From positions 310,001 to 374,000 of the forward strand of contig MU058444.1 in NCBI GenBank assembly GCA_013265495.1: a stretch of 64,000 nucleotides of DNA, read 5' to 3'. Position 1 is the stretch's first letter. Each line of letters begins with the position of its first letter. The notes under the pieces were generated by a model, which saw only the letters and a list, made by a program, of their open reading frames with translations, did not search any database and had not been told where the DNA came from. A program made the position numbers and the translations under genes. This stretch comes from Vicugna vicugna. Its lineage: Eukaryota. Below are positions 54,997 to 64,000 of this stretch, in pieces.

Positions 54997-56151
54997 TATG
55001 CCCCAGGATTGAAAAGCTGGCTGGCCAGGAAAAGTGATTTCTTGGCGGTCAGCAACCTAAAGTTTTCAAGACTGCTTCTATCATTTTTGAGGATGCAGAC
55101 CTGATATATATGTGTCTATTTATTTATAAAGGATATACCTCATACTGCACTGATGCACTCTGCCCATTGTAAGACACACATATAGAAAAACTGAAGTATA
55201 AAATGCTATGATGACAATAAATTGAATCTCTAGCATCTTTCCTGCACCCTGGTGGAATTTTTTGGGGGGTGTGTGCACCCTGCTTTGACGACCATGGGTC
55301 TATTTCATGATTTTTAACTTCATGAAGATGAGAGGGAACTGCATTTAATAATGTATGATAACCTATAATGAAAATGAAAATAAAAAAACATTTTACTGCA
55401 GATGAGTATTAAAATAGGCATTGCAGTTACATGACAATCCATTTAAAGCACTGAAATTAAAGACCAAAATGAGAAAAGGTCAAGACTTGATTCCTTAGAG
55501 ATCTTTATAATTTTCCACTTTAAACCGGATTTGTTCTAATACATCAGAATCATGAATGAGTTAAAATAGCAGACTAAGTACTATGGAATTATTTTTCTGT
55601 TATGTATTTTGTTATTTAAAAATCAAAGAGCTTAAAAACTTTGAAAAGTTACAACAAACAAAGCAAAGCAAACAAAAATATTGGATATAAGTGATATACA
55701 TAGATTAGTGGTGGAGGCTCATGCCAAATAAAACAGGAAGAATTGAGTTTAAAAAAAGAAATTCATAAAAAAAAAACCAAACAAGGGAAACAAGTCCTGA
55801 TTTTATTAGAAGAATATAGTTTCATTTTTGCCCCAATTTCATAGAACTGTCTCTGCAGAAGAAGGTTTTTGTTTTTCATTTTTTAAAATAAGATGGGCTT
55901 TTGGATTTTGGAGAACGTGTCTTCCTCACTGGTCAGGCGACCCCCGCAGTTGTTGATTTTACGGCGGAGGGGGGGGGTGGCGTTTTGTGGGATTTGTTTG
56001 TTTGTTTTTTTTGTTTTTTGTTTTCTTTTTTGATTTGCAATGTTGTGTTAGTCTCTGGTGTACAGCACAGAGATTCGGTTATGCATGTATATTCGTTTTC
56101 GTTATAGGTTATTACAAGTTATTGAATATAGTTCCCTGTGGTCCAATCAGC

Positions 56152-56920
56152 TGTGCTGGAGGGCGGGACTAGATCACAGAGATCAGCGGGAAATCCACGC
56201 CGGTGACTGGGGGTGGGCTCAGATTTCAGAGAATGAGGATGGTGAGGTGGGCAAGACCCCCACAGGTGTTATTTAGAGAAGGACAATTCCAGGTAATTAC
56301 ACGGGCACAATATTTTAAGTCTTTTTTGTGAGGCAGGTGCAGTGTGGCGTCCGTAAGAAAGCTGGATGTAGGCGTTAGGCACGTCCGCGATCGCGACGAC
56401 GCTCTTCGGGCCGCTTCACGCGTTAGTCTTGACTCGCCGCCATTCAAACGGGAAAAGGGCTTCCTTTTCCCTCCGTGCTGCCTCCAACCACCTTCTCCCA
56501 AACCTCACATGCTGCCTTTTAGTGACTCTCTGGACAGGTGCACACACTTTGCAGACATTTTTAGGGCATTTAAAAGTCTCAGTTGGGTTCAGTCTAAATT
56601 CTCCTTTCATATCCAATTTAAAGTTCCCCCCTCCTCCAGCCACCGGCCAGGCAGGTGTCCGGGGTCTGGGAGCCGGTGGTGCTGGTGGTGGCGGCGGTGG
56701 CGGCGGCGGTGGTGGTGGGTGTGTGCGCGCGTGTAACTGTCCACACTGCCTCCCCCTCCTCCTTGTAGGTCTCTGACTCCTCTGAGGTGCTGAGGCTTCA
56801 CGGAGGGAGGTAGAAAGGGCGCTGCCTACACTTAATACACCCTCACTTTACTTTCCTGACTTCTGCGTCTGATCTCTGAATTCTTTCTGCCAGGAGACAA
56901 GAACCTACACTCCAGTAACA
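56152..56920. mobile_element. Possible solo LTR
   Basis: TG...CA ends with short inverted termini tgtgctggag / ctccagtaaca; ~770 bp; no clear TSD. Confidence 0.4.
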
Positions 56921-57149
56921 GAGGTACTTGTTGAGCCTTTAAAAAAATTCTTCATGTGGCAGTATTTTAAAGCAGATCAGTCATGACTACATGACAGTAA
57001 GAAGCCCTTAATTTTAAAGAATGCCTGGCACAGTGGACACCCGGCTTTCCTCAACGTCCATGCTGGGACTGGATGTTTGAAGTTGTTGATTTTATGGTGG
57101 GGGTGTTTTGTGGGATTTTTTTTTGTTTGTTTTTTTGTTTTGTTTTTCT

Positions 57150-57209
57150 TTTTTCTTTTTTTGATTTGCGATGTGTGTTAGTTTCTGGTGTACAGCATAG
57201 GGACTCGGT

Positions 57210-57255
<46 letters not shown>

Positions 57256-57395
57256 CTGTTTCATATTCTTTTTCATTATAGGTTATTACAAGTTACTGAA
57301 TATAGTTCCCTGCGCTGCCCAGTAGGCCCTGGTTGTTTATTCTGTACATAGGAGTTTGTATCAGCCAATCCCAAACTCCCAATTTATCCCTCCCT
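57150..57395 (-). mobile_element. L1 3'-end fragment (partly duplicated at 56020-56140)
   Basis: gtttctggtgtacagcatag...atcccaaactcccaatttatccctccc. Confidence 0.85.
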
Positions 57396-60104
57396 CTATG
57401 GGGGATGTATTTTGAGTAGACATTGTTTATCAAAATAAGGAGCAGAATTTAGGGAAGACAGTACGCTTAAGGACTTACTAAGGCCAAAAAAAAAAATTTC
57501 TGTATTTTTCTCCCAACCACAAACTTGGGTGAAAAATAGAATGTTAGGCTGATAAGTAGCAACAATTTCTTGTTTAAAAGTCCTTGTAATAATGACTTGG
57601 CTATTAATTGAAGTGCAATGTTGACAACCTTTGGCAGCTCACCTTTGGAACATATTTTCTGTTTGCTTTGGTCCTTGGAAGTGGTGGAGGCGTTGAATTT
57701 ATAACCCTTCTCACTAACACTTCACCGAGTGACTCATGCCCAGGGGTTGGGTCACACCCACTGTGTTCATTAAATCCGGAGACAGTCCTCATCTCCGTGG
57801 CTTTGGGGGTTGCATGCTGCCATAGTGAGGTGAATGGAAGACTCTGTAGATAATTACTATTTTTTTTTTAATTTGAAACAAGAAGTTATAAGATAAAAGG
57901 GACTTGCGAAGTTCGTTTTTGCCCCACAGGGAGGAGCTGGCTCAGAACCTGGCTCACCTGATGCTGCTGATGACTCACCTCCGGAAGGGCGTCTCATTCC
58001 GGAAAGTGAATCACGTAATAACAGTAAGTTACACATGGAACAGGGTGAGAGGGCTCCCCGGTGCTGTGGATAAGCGATGTTTTACCACCCTTTCTGTCTG
58101 TAATTCCTCAGATGTGTCAGTTAGGTCACCGGAGAGAGCTGCCCCTTTCTGATGAGGACGTGGTCACCATGTTAATTACTCTTCCCTTAATTGCATCATT
58201 TTGAAGATCAAGCTCTTGATTTCCCAGGCTTTGAATTAAAGAAAAATTCAATTTCAGGTCGGCCTTAGGGGCTGCAGTGCTATGACACGATTTCTATTGA
58301 GAAATATAGACATAACACCATACAGGTGACATTAGTATTTCCATGGCTTTGTTTGCAGGTGATGTGTGTGTTACGTGTTGATGTCTGTAATGCCACCAGA
58401 CCCAGCTCTGTTAGTCCTGCTTTGAGTTGTGATCCATTGATAGCTACGCATTTTTAGTGTCTTACTGGTCTCACTTAGGACAAAAGTTCTAGAATTTCAG
58501 TGTTAGTCCACAGCACTGTAAGGTCGCTGGGGACAGAACTGAGCTTTTCGGATCAACCAACCTACTAGCCGGCATGCAATGTTCTACATGACAGAATTAA
58601 ACAGATATACTCCTTAAATATTCTTTACTGTATTTCTGTGTTCTGCAGACTTTTTTGGGGGTAAGGCACTGATATTAATGAACAATTTTACTTATATATT
58701 TTATTTTATTTACATCTAAAATTATTTAAATGCACTGTGGTATTACTCTGTAATGCACATCATAAAACATATACAAAATTATGATTTTTAAAAAGGATGA
58801 GGTAAACAAATAACTACAAATTGAAGCTCTGATCGTTTCTTCTTGACTGCCCTGAGATATACGCTCTGTACTTGGACTCCTCTGCAGAGATTCACAGACT
58901 CACAGGGAGATCTACCTTTCATATAGCTATGTAAATAAAAACAAAAACCAACATCATCATTCTGGAAGGAACTTCTCAGAGTCTGCTTTTCCAACTTCTT
59001 GTTTTTTAGGCACAATTACGAGATTATTTCTAAGGTGAAAACTAGTAGTTCTCAAAGTTCTAAATTCTGAAAGAACTTGCTCAGTCATGTGTGGGAGTCG
59101 AGTTATCCCCAATAATTGGAAAAACCTATAAGTGGGTGATGTCACTCTGTGGTTCGTGCCTCTCTGAGGTCCTCCTGTCTCCATGGAATCAGAATTCACT
59201 TGAGAGATGGTGGTGCCCAGGGCCTGGGGAAAGTGTCGCTCTGTCCAGGGTCCCTGTTCTGTGGCCTGAGTCACATGCACACAAAACCACGGGGTGGTTA
59301 GGGACACGTGTAAGACCAACGTTGGAACCTACTCACAGGAATCACTTCATTTGATTCATCTCTAGAAGTCCCTAAAAAGCCACTTCTAATTCACAATAGA
59401 TTGAACAGAAGAGTACTTTCAATTTTTCTTCCATGGTCGTTTGAAACCAACCAGAGAACACCTTGTTCAAATGAGGAAGGGACAGGGCGTTTATTTCAAT
59501 CAACATTGAGAGCCAGAGAAGAAACTCATCAGTGTCTCATACTTCCATTTGCTAATAGTGATGTGTCTGAGCTTCATTACCACGGCTTCTGGTACCCAGA
59601 CTTGGGGTCCTCTGGGAAAGCCGTCTCTGTGGCCAGATGGCCTCATCCAGCATCTTTCTCTTCTCCAAGGCTGTTCGCGCCACACTCGTCCAGGGAGGAT
59701 TTTTTCTGATTCCACATTTTTCTTAGTATAGCTCAGAAAATTTCACAGTGTTTTTACAGATGTCATTTCATTGGATCTTCAGTATCCTTCAGAGTAGCTA
59801 GAATGTCAGTGTCCCCACTGTATGGATAGAGAAACAGCGTCTCCGAGAGGTTAAATGACTTCTAAAGCGTGTCAGAGCTAGGAGAACACTGGCCTTCTGA
59901 CCTCTACCCTAGACAAAGGATATGCAAATTTATAGCACGTGCGTTTTGTTATAGCGTTAAGGACACCCAGGCGAACTCTAGTGTGTATTTCATTACATCC
60001 CAATATGAATGCCTTGGCTGCCTCCTCCCAGCAGGTCTAGTTACCCAAGTGCTAGGAGCTTGACTATAAGGAAATGAAGTGTTAGTGACAGCTTAAGAAG
60101 CCCC

Positions 60105-60965
60105 CTTTTATTTATTTTTTAACTTTTTATTGAAGTATAGTTGACTTACAATGTTGTGCTCCTTTCAAGTGTGCAGGAAAGTGATTCAGTTATACATATA
60201 TATATATATATTTATATTCTTTTTCAGATTCTTTTCCATTATAGTTTATTACAAGCTATTGAATACAGTTCCCTGTGCTGTACAGTAGGGCCTTGTTGTT
60301 TATCTATTTTACATATAGTCATGTGTATCTGTTAGTCCCAGACTTCCAATTTATCCCTCAAAAGAATTTACCCCTTCCCCTTCGGTAACTGTAAGTTTGT
60401 TTTCTGTGTCTGTGAGTCTGTTTCTGTTTTATAAACAAGTTCATTTGTATTATTTTTTTAGATTCCACAGATAAGTGAGATCATATGATATTTGTCTCTG
60501 TCTGATGTACTTCACTTAGTATGATAATCTCTAGGTCCATCCATGTTGCTGCAAACGGCATTATTTCATTCTTTTTTATGGCTGAGTCTTGTTCCATTGT
60601 GTATGTACACCACAACTTCTTTATCTGTTCATCTGCTGATGGACATTTAGGTTGCTCCCATGACTTGGCTATAGTAAATAGTGCTGCTGTGAACATTGGG
60701 GTGCAGGTGTCTTCTTAAATTAGCGTTTTCTCTGGATATATGCCCAGGAGTGGGATTGCTGGATCATAGGGTAAGTCTATTTTTAGTTTTTTAAGGAACC
60801 TCCATACAGTTCTCCATAGTGGCTGCACTAACTTACATTCCCACCAACAGTGTAGGAGGGTCCCTTTTCTCCACACCCTCTCCGGCATTAATTATTTGTA
60901 GACTTCTGAATGATGGCTATTCTGACTGGTGTGAGGTGATACCCCATCATCACTTTCATTTGCAT
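60105..60965 (-). mobile_element. 5'-truncated L1
   Basis: Track ORF 60481..60696 (MFTAALFTIAKSWEQPKCPS...) is an L1 ORF2-end peptide. Confidence 0.93.
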
Positions 60966-61443
60966 AAGAATCCTTGAATTTAGTGTTGCCTCGGAACTGT
61001 GTTCTGCAGACCTAGGACGTTTGGATGCAGACCTGACGCCATAGTGCTCACCGTGGGCTGTCAGGAAGATAAGGCCGCTTAAGGGACCAGCCAGCTAAGT
61101 GAGATGTGTCAGTCACTTAAACTCTCTTGGATCATTTCCCTCTGCTTTATCGGGCAGCTTTTATTTGGGGAAAGTGAAGAGTCTTCCCTCTTGCTTCCTA
61201 ACTCACGATTGCTCTGACTCTGCCTGCTGGGGTATTTGTGTCTGTTTCTTGATGAGCTGCTGCTTCTTCTGTGTCCATTCCCAGCTCCGTCTTCCTCTTT
61301 CTCTCTCCTTATCTTTCTCTTTGTTTCTCTCTCATTTTCTCTGTCACTTTGATTTTCTATAATCCCATCATCTTCCTAACAGATTACAGATTCTTACAAA
61401 TGATGAGGGGAAATTTAGAACAGTTTTAAGAATTTTTGGATCA

Positions 61444-61478
<35 letters not shown>

Positions 61479-63619
61479 TGAAATTTATTTGTTTATTGAC
61501 ATGTTGTTTCCTTAATCTCAGTCCCTAAATGGATAACAGATACACACCTGAGTCTTGCTCTCAGTACCTCTCCTTGTACCAGTGCCCCGATGCGTTCCTT
61601 CCCAGATAACTCTGCAATTCTACATCAGATATACTTGCATTGATAAGATTAGAATTCTACAAAAATATGCTGTCTTGAAATGTGGCTGCAGAGGAGACCC
61701 AGGCCAGCAGGTGTCAGGCTCCCCCAGTGGAGGATCTGAGAATGGCTTCCTCGTGTTTTTTCTTTAAGACAGTTTGCTTTTTTTTTTTTTGAATGAACTT
61801 TTGAAGAACCAGAGTTAGGCTCTTGTTTGTTTTCAGCAACCTCTGGGCTGGTTTAAAGAGAAAGTAGATGATCTCCAGCCTGTATCACTACACACCCAAA
61901 GTGGTATTCTGATTGAGTATCATTCAATAGGGGATACAAGTTTGATTTTTATTTGCAGGTGCTGGATTCATGGTAGGGAGCAGAGCTCCCACAGCTGTCC
62001 ATTGGGATCCCTACAGCGGTGTCCCAGTACCTGGCATTTGGAGTTACTGGCCGTCTGCACCAACCACACACCCACACACCCTATTTTCAGATGAGAAAGC
62101 TGAGATCTGGAAAAGATTTGTTTAAAGACTCACAGCTGTGAGGAAGAGGACCCAGTATGAGGACTAACATCAAGAGCCGAAGTATCCCTGGGTCTTCAAC
62201 ACGCGTGCATGAGGGGGCCGTTATTCGAATCTAGGACTTGCGGCAATGCCATTGACCTTGGGGGTTCTCTGGAGCCCAGGCACCGTTCTCAGGGTCACCA
62301 CGTTCAGATGGAGGGGGCAAGAGCCACATCAGGCTGGAGGGGGCTGTCAAACCTGCGCTGTTCACAAGTGACGGTCCTCCGTGTAACCCCCATAGCAACG
62401 CAGCGAAGTGCCCGCCCGCCCGAAGCCGGGTGATAAGGGTGATGATGCTGGAGGAGGAAGGCAAGCCTTGGGACGGCCTGCTTGGGGAAGGGCTGTCATG
62501 CACGGCAGCTCCCAGTGTTGCTCCTCCTCGGGGCCCCCCAGCAGCGCTGCTTGAGAGGGCCCTGGGGAGCCTGCTGTTTACACAGGCGACTGGAAAGCAC
62601 ATCTCCTTGTTGGTCTGTGGCTGGGAACTGACTCACAAGCCAGCATCTCACTGGTTCACTTTTTCTAGCTCCTGAAGGTGTCTGAAGGTGAAGGACGCCC
62701 TCCCGTTTGCTGTGGGGTCCCCGAACCTGAGCAAACAGATGCTGGCGGTGGCTTTTACAAAGGAGAACGCCTGCCAGTCTTGCTGATGAAACTAGGCTCA
62801 ACGAACATGCGGACAAATTCAAGCCTGGCCTCCCTAACGTTTCCTTTCCCTGTGTTGTCAGTGTTTGGTTGCTAAAAATTTTGTTTGTTTGTTTAAGTAG
62901 TTTTTTGTTAAATGGAATGGCTCTAGAAAGCAGAGGGTGCTTGTGCCTTGGATAGAGGCAACGAGGCAGGACCCTGGGGAGGCCAGTGAGTACCAGCTTG
63001 GTGGGCGTGGGGTGCGTTGCCTGCTGGCCGGCCGTCGGGGGGCGCGATAAGCAGACAGCCCGCGGCTGCCACGGAGCCCGCAGCTGCCTCGGCTGCAGAG
63101 AGATGCTTCGCCCTGTCTCCCTCCGCGCCAGCCGCCCCCTCTGTGCCTGCCCTCCGGAAAGGGACAAAAGCCTAGCCAGCCATCTTCACCCAACTCCGGG
63201 CAGCTCGGGTGGGCCCCGCTCCCAGGAGCTCCCGGCTGGGTTGGCCAAGGCTCGTGGGGTCCACCCTGAAGTTCCTTTTTTCCCGTTGCCCGGTGCAGCT
63301 CTGTCGCCTGACCTTCGCAGGGGTCGTTCCCCAGTCCGTCTCAGCATCTGATTTGGCGAAACCCAGCCTGCAACCATTCACCTATCTCTTTGACTTGGAA
63401 AACTTTACGGCCCCATAAAGTAAATGCCTAAACGTCTTTTGGGATAATTTAATTTTCAATAATATATAAGGAAAGGTTTACCTGTACAAAGTCTCAGAAA
63501 GGAAACAAAAAATGGTTTTCTAGTACTAATACCATAAAAATAGTGATTATAAATTGACTCTCAACACAGTCCACTTAACCACCATGGGAGGGGAAGCTTC
63601 CTGAATTATTTTTAAAATA

Positions 63620-64000
63620 TTTATTTATTTATTTATTTATTTAAGAATAGTCAGTTTACAATGTTGTACTAATTTCTGGTGTACAGCATGTTGATTCAGT
63701 TATACATATGTAGATATTTATTCCTTTTCATGTTCTTTTTCATTATAGGTTATTACAGGATATTAAATATGTGTAATACAGTAGGACCGTGTTGTTTATC
63801 TATTTTATATGTAGTGGTTAGGATCTGCAAATCCCAAACTCCAATTTATCCCTCCATCTCTCTCTTTCCCCTCGGTAACTATAAGTTTGTTTTCTATGTC
63901 TGTGAGTCTGTTTCTGTTTTGTAAATAAATTCATTTGTGTCATTTTGTTTTTAGATTCCACATATGAGTGATGTCCTATGGTATTTTTCTTTTTCTTTCT
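63620..64000 (-). mobile_element. L1 3' end running off the window edge
   Basis: (TTTA)n tail followed by the same L1 3'UTR sequence. Confidence 0.9.

Overview
Mammalian genomic DNA, most likely a camelid (alpaca, llama or camel). The species call rests on six copies of a tRNA-derived SINE matching the camelid Vic-1 type and many related young L1 3' ends. The first half (+ strand) holds the last 12 coding exons of LRRC1 (Lano, a LAP-family leucine-rich-repeat protein without PDZ domains). All have GT-AG junctions and continuous phase, total 1298 nt, and end in the PDZ ligand ...RVTTSV* at 31492. A ~1.3 kb 3'UTR follows. Exon numbers 3-14 assume the human 14-exon structure as I recall it. The second half is intergenic (MLIP is the expected next gene by human synteny; no exon recognised). 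It contains an RPL23A processed pseudogene with target-site duplications, L1/SINE/MIR/MER/LTR relics, microsatellites, co-oriented CTCF motifs and AP-1/ARE motif clusters. Almost all ORFs in the supplied track are spurious. I see no prokaryote-style novel system. The best lead is a hypothetical neural shut-off circuit on LRRC1: a candidate 10-nt poison microexon flanked by CU-rich and UGCAUG motifs, plus two miR-124 8mer sites and a miR-9 site in the 3'UTR. Repeat family names and boundaries come from recall of consensus sequences and are approximate.
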